DNA of 64,000 nt. It comes from an uncultured Candidatus Saccharibacteria bacterium (GTDB taxonomy: Bacteria > Patescibacteriota > Minisyncoccia > Phycocordibacterales > XYD1-FULL-46-19). The stretch is taken from positions 219,757 through 283,756 of the forward strand of contig CAZXCI010000001.1 of assembly GCA_964639285.1 (NCBI GenBank), read 5' to 3'. The stretch's first letter is position 1. Each line of letters begins with the position of its first letter. Of this stretch, positions 1 to 9,615 are shown one piece after another. A program made the translations under genes and the position numbers. The notes under the pieces were generated by a model. It searched no databases. It saw only the letters and a list, made by a program, of their open reading frames with translations, and was not told the origin of the DNA.

Positions 1-155
1 TTGGCGATAGACCAGAAGACTGTGTCTAAGGTGATGAGAGCAAAAAGAATATTGGTAACATTTCTTCGATCGTGGAGATAAGTTATAATTCCAAGGTAAA
101 TAACCAAGAAGCTTGGAATGATCGTCAAAAACAAATCGACATAGCTTGAAACCAT
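1..155 (-). CDS. Partial CDS giving the N-terminus of a membrane protein (MVSSYVDLFLTIIPSFLVIYLGIITYLHDRR...); the gene continues beyond the window edge
   Basis: ATG at 153-155 on the minus strand and an open frame running to position 1; the N-terminus is hydrophobic. Confidence 0.3.
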   Translation of the reverse strand, partial: MVSSYVDLFLTIIPSFLVIYLGIITYLHDRRNVTNILFALITLDTVFWSIA

Positions 156-236
156 TAGAATATTATAACAGATTTTGGTAATTTTTAGCTAATATAAAGA
201 GGATAACATTAAGAAGGTTGCAGAAATTCTTAATTA

Positions 237-683
237 TTAGATATCCTCTTTTTTGACCAATTCTTCGACAACAAGAAAAAGTAGGTCCTTTTTGTAAAAC
301 GGGGCCTTATTTGTCCCATTAAGTATATCTGTCACAAAACTTTGCATTGTTCCGTTGGTTGATATTTGAGTATAATATTGAGCAAGTTCTACTTCAGGCC
401 AGTCCGTAATTTTATCAATTAAGACTTTAGTTCTTTCTAGACTTTTTGTCCAAGAATATTTATTCTTCTGCAGACCTCGAATCTTGGGCAACAATTTATC
501 ATTTGACACATCATTCATTAAGGTTATTCCCATATCAAATTGACTTGCCTTTTTTAGATTAAAGTCATCTTTGAAAGTGACCCCTTCGTTATTCAAGAGA
601 CTCAAAAGGTCTTCTTTAGAGATAACTTTCGTTAAAAAAATCTCGATGTAGGAATTTTCCAGATTAAATTTTTCGTTTATCAT
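237..683 (-). CDS. Hypothetical protein, 148 aa
   Basis: ORF with no recognisable motif; lies downstream of the ThiF/nitroreductase/ANL operon on the same strand. Confidence 0.4.
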   Translation of the reverse strand: MINEKFNLENSYIEIFLTKVISKEDLLSLLNNEGVTFKDDFNLKKASQFDMGITLMNDVSNDKLLPKIRGLQKNKYSWTKSLERTKVLIDKITDWPEVELAQYYTQISTNGTMQSFVTDILNGTNKAPFYKKDLLFLVVEELVKKEDI

Positions 684-744
684 GATATTTGTTATATCTT
701 GACAACAATATTTAAGTTTAATAAAATATAAACAATAACATTTT

Positions 745-1044
745 ATGATTAATCAAAAAATTAAACGATTTAATGATCTGGTGTCTCTGATAATGTCTTC
801 TATCAAAAAGGGTGACGATAAACAGGCTCGATTAATTTTTGATAAAGAGTTGCGACCAAACTTTGGCGAAGCGGTATGGATCGGCAGTAGCCCCTTAAGG
901 CCTCTTGCTTTTTTCTATTGTGAAATGGACGATTATCTTAACAATGAGGGAGCTAAAATTTTGGGGGTTTCAAGTAAAGGAAAAATTTTAGATTTATATG
1001 AGAGTGAATACAAAGAAGAATTTGCTAAACTTGCGGGTGATTAG
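745..1044 (+). CDS. Hypothetical protein, 99 aa
   Basis: ORF only. Confidence 0.3.
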   Translation: MINQKIKRFNDLVSLIMSSIKKGDDKQARLIFDKELRPNFGEAVWIGSSPLRPLAFFYCEMDDYLNNEGAKILGVSSKGKILDLYESEYKEEFAKLAGD

Positions 1045-1082
1045 GGCTGGATTTGCTCTAATCACCCTGTATCTCGTCTTTG

Positions 1083-1301
1083 TTATTTGTTCCCGCTACG
1101 ATCACCTGAATTTTCTCCTCCGCCATACTGCGAGTATTCGCCAGTAGACGTGTTTAGGTTGAAACTTTCATGAACGTGTCCGCCACCACCAGTGTTGGTA
1201 TAACGGTCTGCGGTAATCCTGTCTTGATCCTCCTTACTTTGACGAACTCTAGTTGTCTGCCCATCACTTGAGCTGTTGAATAACCGTTCGAACAATCCCA
1301 T
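1083..1301 (-). CDS. Small Gly/Ser/Thr/Tyr-rich protein of 72 aa (…TNTGGGGHVHESFNLNTSTGEYSQYGGGENSGDRSGNK)
   Basis: ORF preceded by AGAGAGG, a Shine-Dalgarno-like sequence; low-complexity Gly-rich C-terminal half. Confidence 0.45.
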   Translation of the reverse strand: MGLFERLFNSSSDGQTTRVRQSKEDQDRITADRYTNTGGGGHVHESFNLNTSTGEYSQYGGGENSGDRSGNK

Positions 1302-1517
1302 GACAACCTCTCTTTCTGACCCCTTGGGTCATTATCACCAGACTTATTTCTGATGATGTCTAATTTCATTATGATGTTATGAAGACTGTTGTCTATATCT
1401 AACAACATGGGCTGAAAAAGGCTTTTAAATAGGGTTTAAGTAAGGGGTGGTTTGACAAAAGAGGTAAATTTTGTTAAATTTGTTGGATAGTAACAACAAT
1501 TTAGATATCGCAAAAAA

Positions 1518-2312
1518 ATGACTATCCTATCTAATAATATATTGGTTAAAAATTTGGTCGAATATGGCTTAAGCGACAAAGAAGCTAAGATATATTTGGC
1601 TTTGTTGAGACTCGAAGTTAGTGTGGTCAACGAAGTAGCTAAAACGGCGGGAGTTAATCGTAGCTCAGCTTATGTTGTCCTTGAAGCGCTTAAAGAAAAA
1701 GGTTTGGTTAGTGTTTCGCATGATAAAAAAATTCAACACTATATTGCCACTTCGCCTGAGGCCCTCCTCTACTCTGCCGAGAATCTTGCTCAAAAACAAG
1801 AGAATATTAAGAACAAAATTGCTGATATCGTGCCAGAATTGAAGGCTCTTCATAAGGATACTAAACAGAAACCCAGGGTTATGGTCTACGAAGGTGAAAA
1901 AGGAATTATGAATGCCTTAAGCTGTACCCTAGGAAGCAAAGAAAAGAAGATTCGTGTTCTCTCTTCAAGTGAACAAGTCTCTGAGCTGATGATTGGCTAT
2001 ACAGTAAAAAGATTTGAAAAGGGTATAAAAATGATGGGGATTCATCCTGATGGCGAAATCGCTAAAATGCTAATTTCTAAATCTCCTAAAAACTTTGACG
2101 AATTAGCTCTAATTTCTGCTAAAGATTACAAATTTTCCGCGGACATTGCTATTTTTGACGATAAAATTGGATATATATCAAATAAACAAAAAGGTATCTC
2201 TTTTATTATCGAGAGTAGAGACATGGCGGAAGCAATGAAAACAATTTTCGATTTAGCCTGGAAAGAAGCAAGACGTGTTGGTTTTAGCGAAAAGGAGTAT
2301 CAAAAAGATTGA
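1518..2312 (+). CDS. TrmB-family transcriptional regulator
   Basis: N-terminal helix-turn-helix LVEYGLSDKEAKIYLALLRLEVSVVNEVAKTAGVNRSSAYVVLEALKEKGLV matches the TrmB winged-helix pattern. Confidence 0.7.
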   Translation: MTILSNNILVKNLVEYGLSDKEAKIYLALLRLEVSVVNEVAKTAGVNRSSAYVVLEALKEKGLVSVSHDKKIQHYIATSPEALLYSAENLAQKQENIKNKIADIVPELKALHKDTKQKPRVMVYEGEKGIMNALSCTLGSKEKKIRVLSSSEQVSELMIGYTVKRFEKGIKMMGIHPDGEIAKMLISKSPKNFDELALISAKDYKFSADIAIFDDKIGYISNKQKGISFIIESRDMAEAMKTIFDLAWKEARRVGFSEKEYQKD

Positions 2313-2313
2313 T

Positions 2314-3432
2314 CTAACAAAGACTCTCTCTTATTTGGTCAAGTTCCAAACGATAACGCCCGGTCGGCATATCTTCAGAGATTAAGATTTTTCGGGCGAA
2401 GTAAGCTAGGGTAGCCCCACGCAGGAAAGTGGCTTCGGCTAGTTGTGGGATACCGGCGAGATCGACACCGACGCGGTCGAAGGATTCGCGTAATTCTTTA
2501 ACTAGATTCTCGCTTCCCATAAAATCGCGAGCCAGGGCCATCTTCTCACGAAAGTCGGTTGTTGGTCCAACTTGAGCGATGCGATCGATTACCTCTTGCT
2601 TAAGTTTCCCATTTAGGAGAGTGATAGAATTATCTAAATCGTAGCGTTCGACATCGATGATGATGTTAGAGCCATTGCCAGTGACCATTAAGACGGGAAT
2701 TTTGAGCCCCCTTGCTTTTTCTCGGATGGCAATTTTAAGCTTGAGGTTGTCCATTTCTTCAATCAGCAGATCAATTTTGGAGTCAGTCAGGAATTTGTCC
2801 AAGTTATCTGGTTGGATACCTTGGTCATAAAGTTCGAGATTGACGTAGGGATTAATTTCGTAAATTTCGCGGGCGGTGATCGTCGTTTTATCTAGTTCAA
2901 CATCAGAAAGGCCTGCGCGAAAACGATTAAGGTTGGAGAGAGAAAGAATATCGAGATCGGCTAACTTCAAGTTCTCGAAGCCCTCTTGCGCTAGACAGAT
3001 AGCTCCGGGGTTACCAACATTTAGACCAGCTATGCCAATTGTTAGTTTTTTTATTGCATTTTGTTCAGCACTAGAAACAAAACTATTATTGCGAGAGAGA
3101 CGAAGTAATTCGTAGTCATCCTTAGGCAGGGCATGTATCAATTTTTCGTTCCATGGGTAGTATATCCAGTTGCCATCTTCAATCTGGCTAGCCCCTTCTT
3201 TAACTGATGAGTTGGCCATTTTATCTAAAATTAGAGTGGGATTATTCACTAAAGCTAACTCTCCACTTTGTTCTCCGTAATTATCAACAACCTCTTTTAT
3301 GCTACCCTGCTCAAACATTGTTAACAATTTTGCTTGGTCCGCGGGATCTGTTAGTTTAAAAATTTGTGGCTTACTATTAGGCTGAGAATGACGAGTTTTA
3401 GCCTTGAGATAATCAATTAATTGAGAGTTCAT
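2314..3432 (-). CDS. ThiF/MoeB/E1-like adenylyltransferase-fold protein with an N-terminal extension of about 100 aa
   Basis: Rossmann motif IGIAGLNVGNPGAICLAQEGF...LADLDILSLSNLNRF matches the ThiF-family pattern; this is the last gene of a 3-gene minus-strand operon. Confidence 0.65.
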   Translation of the reverse strand: MNSQLIDYLKAKTRHSQPNSKPQIFKLTDPADQAKLLTMFEQGSIKEVVDNYGEQSGELALVNNPTLILDKMANSSVKEGASQIEDGNWIYYPWNEKLIHALPKDDYELLRLSRNNSFVSSAEQNAIKKLTIGIAGLNVGNPGAICLAQEGFENLKLADLDILSLSNLNRFRAGLSDVELDKTTITAREIYEINPYVNLELYDQGIQPDNLDKFLTDSKIDLLIEEMDNLKLKIAIREKARGLKIPVLMVTGNGSNIIIDVERYDLDNSITLLNGKLKQEVIDRIAQVGPTTDFREKMALARDFMGSENLVKELRESFDRVGVDLAGIPQLAEATFLRGATLAYFARKILISEDMPTGRYRLELDQIRESLC

Positions 3433-3445
3433 AATTATTGAGTAA

Positions 3446-4492
3446 TTAAATTAATAATTTGTCTTTTAATTTATGTCGTGGGGTGGTTCGAAATTGCTTG
3501 TCCATTCGACCTGCGGCAAAAACGAATTGAGGGTCGTCCTGAGATCCAATAATCTTCTTAACTTCTTGATAGAAATTACCGATTTCAATGGAGGCAAGAT
3601 AAATCGAAGTGTTATAACCATCATTTTGTAATTCGAGCATTAGACGTTCAATTAACCGGCCCAGCTTGATCCAAGTTTCGGCTCGTGGCTTCGGTGCAGT
3701 AAAAATAAAAACAAAGGGTGAAGTTGAGACGCTCAAGTAATTAATTTTGCCCATAATTGGGCCCATGTTGAAAAATCGAATTACTTTTGATACAAAAAGA
3801 GATATCGGTCCGGGCATATTCATTGAATAGCCGATCATTCCATCATTTCTTCGACTATAGTTACTGATAATCCATCTGGACATTTCTCGCCTAAAGTTTT
3901 TGTCGGAGTGGGCCAAACGCATTCCTTGCTGAGTTAAACTGGCAATCTTTTCAATTTCGGCGGGGGTGGTAATAATCTTAACGTTAATTCCATCTTCGGA
4001 CCAGCGACTGATTAAATCTTTAAGTTTTGCAATGTAAGACTGATCAATTTTTTCTCTAATGAAAGGCCCACGGGCGTTGGTGCGATGTAGAATTGTTTTA
4101 ATGAGTGATGACAAATCTTTCTTGTCTTCCTCGTCTTCAAATGAAACTGTCGCAATCAAATTACCCACATTGTCGTCAGCAGAATAAATGATTTCTGTTT
4201 TTTGGCCATAATACTTGGCGGCAATGACGAGGTTTTCAATTGCGCAGCCGATACTGATGTATAGATCACGGCTTTTAGGGTCGGCATACTTCAGTTTAAG
4301 TTGAGGATCAAAATAAACGGAACAAATATTTTTTTGTACTTTGAATAACCAAGGCTGAGTATTATGGGTTGAGGGAGCTAAAATAGTATAACGTAGTAAA
4401 AATTTAATTTTCTCTTCGATATTAGTTAGACCAAAAAATAAGTCCTTCTCTTGGACCAATTGATTACGCATTTTATCTAATCTTGCTTCCAT
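3446..4492 (-). CDS. Nitroreductase-family (FMN-dependent dehydrogenase-fold) protein, 348 aa
   Basis: APSTHNTQPWLF motif, the NQPW nitroreductase signature; larger than a canonical NfsB-type nitroreductase; SagB-like is not excluded. Confidence 0.65.
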   Translation of the reverse strand: MEARLDKMRNQLVQEKDLFFGLTNIEEKIKFLLRYTILAPSTHNTQPWLFKVQKNICSVYFDPQLKLKYADPKSRDLYISIGCAIENLVIAAKYYGQKTEIIYSADDNVGNLIATVSFEDEEDKKDLSSLIKTILHRTNARGPFIREKIDQSYIAKLKDLISRWSEDGINVKIITTPAEIEKIASLTQQGMRLAHSDKNFRREMSRWIISNYSRRNDGMIGYSMNMPGPISLFVSKVIRFFNMGPIMGKINYLSVSTSPFVFIFTAPKPRAETWIKLGRLIERLMLELQNDGYNTSIYLASIEIGNFYQEVKKIIGSQDDPQFVFAAGRMDKQFRTTPRHKLKDKLLI

Positions 4493-4523
4493 CAGAGAAT
4501 TATAGCTTTTTTCCTCTATTCTG

Positions 4524-6065
4524 TTAATCGTGAGACTCTTTAATTACCCACTTTTGTTTAATCCCCGGCTGAAAGAAAGTAACATCCTCAGCTGGCCATA
4601 AGACAACCTTAGGTAAGGCTCGCTTGCCGATGAAGCGATAAAGTTCTCGGTACTCGGAACTTTTTTTAAGTAAACCTTCGAGAATTGCTCTCTGGACCTT
4701 GTAACGAAGCTTGGGGCTGGCTTTAACCCCTTTTTTCATCTCGACGTTGATTTCGAGATATTGGTTTTGATGTTTATCGAATTTTGTACACATCGCCATC
4801 TTGCCCGTGCAAAACTTGGAGCTTTCTGTTTGGAGGAGTCCATCTTTGATAAATTCTGGGAAAATATTTAGGCCATAAAGAGTAGTAGATAGATCTTTGC
4901 GCTCATAGACATAGACGAAAGGTAGCTCGTTTTTTTGATCTGCAATCCCAGCCTTGCTCATTTCCTTTTTTATATCAAGACCATTATTTTTGAATTTCTC
5001 TTTTAAATCAGCAAAGCTTATTACTCCGCCGTTGTCGCCGATGGCATAACGAACAAGGGGGATAGTATTATCTCCGGTCAGTATTATTTCTCCTTGATCC
5101 TCATCAAAGCTTATGAAGGATGGGTTGAATTGGGTGAAGGTCGGGGTTTTTTCGATATTGCCAAAAATTTCTCCAAAGAGCTTCTTATTTTTAATTGCCT
5201 TCTCTCTTGCGAGGATTGAAAGTGGAGTTTCTGAAGCCATTGCGCCGATATCTGCGCTGCCATAGATGTTAATGGTTTCGCGGTACTTGTTGTTGAGGCC
5301 AACGTGTTCGGCCAAATAATCACGGAAACTCTCGGTGAAAGATTCTGCGGCGAAAGAAAATTTAATTTTTAGTTTCTTCAAATTAATCCCGTTGGCAATT
5401 GCTTCGTCAATTACATCTTTAACAAATGGAGGGTAGCCGCAGATAATTGTCTGGTCAAATAGTGGCGACAACTTACTAAAGGCACTAAAGATTTCCTTTT
5501 TATTTAATCCTGGAGTGATGATAGAAATTTTATTTTTTGTTCTATCCCGAGTCATTTCATAACCGCTAAAGGTAATAAGTCCTCCAATCCAAACCCCCAT
5601 GCCAAAAGCTATGATAACAAGAGTAGACTCCTTGGCGGAGGAAAAACTGTCCAAAAAACGTTCGTGGATAATAGAGCCTTGCCAGTCAAGCTTTGCTTCG
5701 CGAGGGAAATAAAAAGGTTCACCTGTCGAACCGGTGGTTGAGGTATAAGTAGAGTTTTTTTGGGGTTCTCCGTTCCAGAAGAGTTCGCGGTAAGGATAGT
5801 AACGAAGATAATTCTTCTTATTTATAACGGGGACTTTTTGGAAATCGTTCCAAGTTTTTATTTTTTTATGGTTGATTTTGTGTCGGGCCAAAAATTTTTT
5901 ATAAGCAGGGACTTTTTCGGCGGCACGATGAAAAAGGCTTAAGGCTCGAACCTCTCTTTCTCTCATCCAAAAATTACTTGTTCTGGACGAGATAAGGGCA
6001 CTCATTTTTTCTACTTCTTTGTTTGCCTCTTGCATATATTCTAATACCGTTACAGTATACCACAA
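4524..6065 (-). CDS. ANL-superfamily adenylate-forming enzyme, similar to phenylacetate-CoA ligase PaaK and coenzyme F390 synthetase
   Basis: YTSTTGSTGEPFYFP matches the T(S/T)G(S/T)TG.P AMP-binding P-loop; first gene of the 3-gene operon. Confidence 0.6.
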   Translation of the reverse strand: MWYTVTVLEYMQEANKEVEKMSALISSRTSNFWMREREVRALSLFHRAAEKVPAYKKFLARHKINHKKIKTWNDFQKVPVINKKNYLRYYPYRELFWNGEPQKNSTYTSTTGSTGEPFYFPREAKLDWQGSIIHERFLDSFSSAKESTLVIIAFGMGVWIGGLITFSGYEMTRDRTKNKISIITPGLNKKEIFSAFSKLSPLFDQTIICGYPPFVKDVIDEAIANGINLKKLKIKFSFAAESFTESFRDYLAEHVGLNNKYRETINIYGSADIGAMASETPLSILAREKAIKNKKLFGEIFGNIEKTPTFTQFNPSFISFDEDQGEIILTGDNTIPLVRYAIGDNGGVISFADLKEKFKNNGLDIKKEMSKAGIADQKNELPFVYVYERKDLSTTLYGLNIFPEFIKDGLLQTESSKFCTGKMAMCTKFDKHQNQYLEINVEMKKGVKASPKLRYKVQRAILEGLLKKSSEYRELYRFIGKRALPKVVLWPAEDVTFFQPGIKQKWVIKESHD

Positions 6066-6127
6066 AGAAAAAATAAAGTAAAGTGTCTGGACTATGCCTG
6101 GCTCCAGACTGATGATATAATAGCTTA

Positions 6128-7168
6128 ATGCCTAAAAATAAGAAAGAGTTCAGGCTTGACCTAAACGAGGGCCAGCGGAGTTTTATTAACAAGAAAATGC
6201 TTGGAGGAATATTGGACCCTAGTGATTGGCACCAATATGCTCGAAAGTCAGACCTTGCTACTCTTCAAAAAAATACAGCTAAGCGTCTTGGTGTTTTGTC
6301 AGAAAATCTAGTTTTTATGAATGGGACTTATCATGCCCTTGATACCCTTTTTAATTTCTTAGTTCGCGAGGATGAGTCAGTTGTTATTCCTGTCCCTACC
6401 TTTGCTTTCTATCCTAAGTTTGAGAAATATCGTCGGATCACCTTTAAGAAAATTAAGTATGGCGAAAATCTACATTTACCAGTCACAAGAATTCTCTCTG
6501 CTCTTGATGTTAAAACAAAATTAGTTTATTTGGTTAACCCTCATAATCCTCTTGGTTCTGTCGCTAGCTCTAACGAATTAGAAATTATAATAAAGGCAGC
6601 TAAGTCAAAAGGGGCTTATGTCGTTGTCGACGAAGTCTACTCGGAATTTTGGGGCAAAAGCGTTGTCCAGTTAATCAATAAACATAAAAATCTTATTATT
6701 CTTCGGTCTTTTTCTAAGGTTGGTCTAAGCGGTTTGAAGCTTGGATTTACTGTCTCAAATGAGAAGCTGGCTCAGAAAATTGAGGAGATGCGTGGTGATA
6801 TCTATAATGTAAACAAGGCCTCAATCTCTATTGTCTCAAAAGTTTTTTCTGGTCGCGAGCAAATAAATAGGTACGTTGATGATATCAAAGAAGCTCGTTC
6901 TGGGCTCATTAAATTTTTGAATGAACGTAAGGTTTTGGTTTTGCCTAGTGAGACAAATTTCGTTACGGCTAAATTCTATCGACAAGAAGAGCTTGTTTCT
7001 AGGCTAAAAGGGAAAGGTGTTTGGGTCAAGGACTTGACCCATTATCCCGATGCCCCTCGTTGGCTTAAGGGTTATGTCCGCATTACTGTCCCGGGGACTA
7101 AAGATTTACCAACTTTTTTAGCTATTTTGGGTTCTGTTATGGACGATTTCAAAAAATCTTCCCTCTAG
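6128..7168 (+). CDS. PLP-dependent class I/II aminotransferase (histidinol-phosphate aminotransferase-like)
   Basis: LNEG, NPHNPLG, VVDEVYSEF and SFSKVGLSGLKLGF (Lys-containing PLP site) motifs. Confidence 0.7.
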   Translation: MPKNKKEFRLDLNEGQRSFINKKMLGGILDPSDWHQYARKSDLATLQKNTAKRLGVLSENLVFMNGTYHALDTLFNFLVREDESVVIPVPTFAFYPKFEKYRRITFKKIKYGENLHLPVTRILSALDVKTKLVYLVNPHNPLGSVASSNELEIIIKAAKSKGAYVVVDEVYSEFWGKSVVQLINKHKNLIILRSFSKVGLSGLKLGFTVSNEKLAQKIEEMRGDIYNVNKASISIVSKVFSGREQINRYVDDIKEARSGLIKFLNERKVLVLPSETNFVTAKFYRQEELVSRLKGKGVWVKDLTHYPDAPRWLKGYVRITVPGTKDLPTFLAILGSVMDDFKKSSL

Positions 7169-7201
7169 TTTAATAGTTGTGCTAGAATTATAGTAATTAA
7201 T

Positions 7202-8422
7202 ATGACAAATATAATCGAAGAACTTAAAGCTCGCGGGCTCGTTGCGCAAGAGACGCATGACGGTAAATTAGGAGAAATTTTGGCGAGAGAGAAAATGGCT
7301 TTCTTTGCCGGCTTTGATCCTTCGGCGGATAGTTTGCATATTGGGAGTTTGGCGCTAATTGTTACAATGACTCGCCTTGCGGGAGCGGGGCACAAGCCGA
7401 TTTTTTTAATGGGTGGAGCGACGGGTCTAATCGGCGATCCGAGTGGAAAAATAGAAACCAGAAAAATGCTTGGTGAAGCCGATGTCGAGCGGAACCTTCA
7501 GTCTATTAAAAAACAAATTGGAAAAATTCTGGGAGATCAAGAACTTCTTTTTGTTAACAATTTTGACTGGCTCAAGAAATTTAATTATCTAGAATTTTTG
7601 CGTAATTACGGCCCCCTTTTTAAGGTTAACGAGATGGTCAAAAGTGAGACCTATCGTGAACGCCTAGAGAAAGAATATGGTCTTACTTTTCTTGAGTTTA
7701 ATTACCTGATTCTTCAGGCGATAGACTATCTTCATCTTTTTGATACCGAAGGTTGTCGTCTGCAAATTGGTGGGAGTGATCAATGGGGCAATATTCTGGC
7801 TGGGGTGGAGCTTGTTCGTCGAGAGCGCCAGACCGAAGCTTATGCTTTTACCATTCCTTTGATCGAGCGTTCGGATGGTAAGAAGATGGGTAAGTCTGAA
7901 GCCGGAGCTGTTTGGCTCGATGCCAAGAAGACTTCCCCTTTCGATTTCTATCAATACTGGGTTAATGTTGACGATAAGGATGTTGGCCGTTTCTTGAAAA
8001 TTTTTACTTTTCTCTCACTTGAAGAAATTGCCGAGCTTGATAAGCTGAGTGGTTCTGAAATTACAGAAGCTAAAGACATCTTAGCTTATGAGGTCACGAA
8101 GTTTGTCCATGGAGAAGAAGAAGCTGAAGAAGCCAAACGTCTTTCTTATGAATTGTTCAGCTTGAGAGGTGCCGGTATTAATTATTTACCTCCAATTAAG
8201 GTCTCTCTTCCTTTGGGAGGCTTGAATATTGTTGATTTTCTTGTTAGTACAGGAATAAGTGATCTCAATTCCAAAAGGAAAGTTCGTGAGTTAATATCAT
8301 CTGGCGGTATTTATCTTGATCTCGAACCAGTAAAGGATTTAAATCTTGTGGTGAAAAAATCAGATTGGACAGTGCTTCTTCGTGTTGGGAAGAAGAAATA
8401 TTATAGAATAGAGGCGAATTAA
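7202..8422 (+). CDS. tyrS: Tyrosyl-tRNA synthetase
   Basis: GFDPSADSLHIGS (HIGH-like) and KMGKS (KMSKS-like) motifs, with a C-terminal S4-like domain. Confidence 0.85.
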   Translation: MTNIIEELKARGLVAQETHDGKLGEILAREKMAFFAGFDPSADSLHIGSLALIVTMTRLAGAGHKPIFLMGGATGLIGDPSGKIETRKMLGEADVERNLQSIKKQIGKILGDQELLFVNNFDWLKKFNYLEFLRNYGPLFKVNEMVKSETYRERLEKEYGLTFLEFNYLILQAIDYLHLFDTEGCRLQIGGSDQWGNILAGVELVRRERQTEAYAFTIPLIERSDGKKMGKSEAGAVWLDAKKTSPFDFYQYWVNVDDKDVGRFLKIFTFLSLEEIAELDKLSGSEITEAKDILAYEVTKFVHGEEEAEEAKRLSYELFSLRGAGINYLPPIKVSLPLGGLNIVDFLVSTGISDLNSKRKVRELISSGGIYLDLEPVKDLNLVVKKSDWTVLLRVGKKKYYRIEAN

Positions 8423-8451
8423 CTAAAGGTATCACTTATGAAGTCCAATTT

Positions 8452-9612
8452 CTAAGTTCCCCTGCCGACGGCTTCACTTATATTTTTATAACCATCTTTT
8501 TGGAGTAACTCAACTAAGCCTTGATTGATCTCGCTGATTAGCTGGGGTCCTTCGAAAATCATGCCGGTGATGAGTTGGAGAAGAGAAGCGCCAGCTTTTA
8601 TTTTGGTATAAGCGTCCTCGGCGCTTGCGATTCCCCCGCAACCGATGATAATTGGTCGTTCTGTTTCGGGGAGAAGCTTAATTTTGTTGTAAATATATTT
8701 GATTTGCATATTAGCCAACTCTTCGACGATCTTGCCGGAGAGGCCACCTTTATCGGTGGGCAGAACGTCCTTGATTTTTGCTTGGAAGTTGGGGAGGGTT
8801 CTATCCTTGGTTAAATTAGTGCAGATAAAGCCGTTAACTTTATATTCTTGAGCTATTTTGATAATTTCATCTAATTTTTCTTCGCTTAAGTCTGGTGGTA
8901 ATTTAAGAAAAAGAGGTTTAGCCTTGCCCGAGGCTAGTCCTCGGGCAAGGGCGGAGAGTAATAAAGTAAGACGCTCTGGTTCAACAAATGGCTCTCCGCC
9001 AAAAGTGTTGGGGCAACTGATGTTGATGGTATAATAATCGCCAACCCCAGCTTCGATAAATTTTTGATACGCGAAGAGATAGTCAGACACTCCTTCTTCG
9101 GTCGTGATCGTTTGTTGGTCGTTGGTCTTGGCCAGGCTAACGCCCACGGGGAAATTTGAGCGGAGGAGGCTTCCTAATCTCTTGGCCACCTCTTCTGCTC
9201 CATTATTTTTTAATCCATAGTAGACAATGAGGCTCCGCGACTTTGGCAGACGCCAAAGTCGCGGTCTCTCGTTTCCCGCACAAGGTTGGCCTGTGACCGA
9301 ACCAATTTCGGTAAAACCGAAACCGACTGACGGCATAATTTTTGTCATCTCGCCATTTTTATCAAAGCCGGCCGCGAGTCCTAACGGATTTTTAAATTTG
9401 ATCCCGAGAATTTCTTGCTCGAGAACTGGGTTCTCATAAAAAAACAAGATTTTTGTTAGCCACCGGGTGGCTGATATCGAGCCCAAGAATTTCCCGATAC
9501 TTATGAACCAGTCATGAACATTCTCTGGGTCAAAGTGAAAAAAAATCGGTTTCAACACCCAGCGGTATTTCCAACGAATAATTTTGTTTCTAAATTTTAT
9601 CCAATTTTCCAT
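8452..9612 (-). CDS. pyrD: Dihydroorotate dehydrogenase, class 2
   Basis: FKNPLGLAAGFDKNG, INISCPNT and IIGCGGI...GASLLQL motifs. Confidence 0.8.
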   Translation of the reverse strand: MENWIKFRNKIIRWKYRWVLKPIFFHFDPENVHDWFISIGKFLGSISATRWLTKILFFYENPVLEQEILGIKFKNPLGLAAGFDKNGEMTKIMPSVGFGFTEIGSVTGQPCAGNERPRLWRLPKSRSLIVYYGLKNNGAEEVAKRLGSLLRSNFPVGVSLAKTNDQQTITTEEGVSDYLFAYQKFIEAGVGDYYTINISCPNTFGGEPFVEPERLTLLLSALARGLASGKAKPLFLKLPPDLSEEKLDEIIKIAQEYKVNGFICTNLTKDRTLPNFQAKIKDVLPTDKGGLSGKIVEELANMQIKYIYNKIKLLPETERPIIIGCGGIASAEDAYTKIKAGASLLQLITGMIFEGPQLISEINQGLVELLQKDGYKNISEAVGRGT

Positions 9613-9615
9613 TTA

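Noticed and set aside
2876-3115. 79-aa plus-strand ORF inside the ThiF-like gene
   Set aside because: Antisense to a well-supported CDS, Arg/Ser-rich in a way typical of the wrong frame, and no ribosome-binding site
2314-6065. Calling the operon a TOMM (thiazole/oxazole RiPP) or microcin C cluster
   Set aside because: No YcaO-domain protein and no recognisable precursor with a Cys/Ser/Thr-rich core or terminal Asn were seen. Only an analogy in domain composition remains
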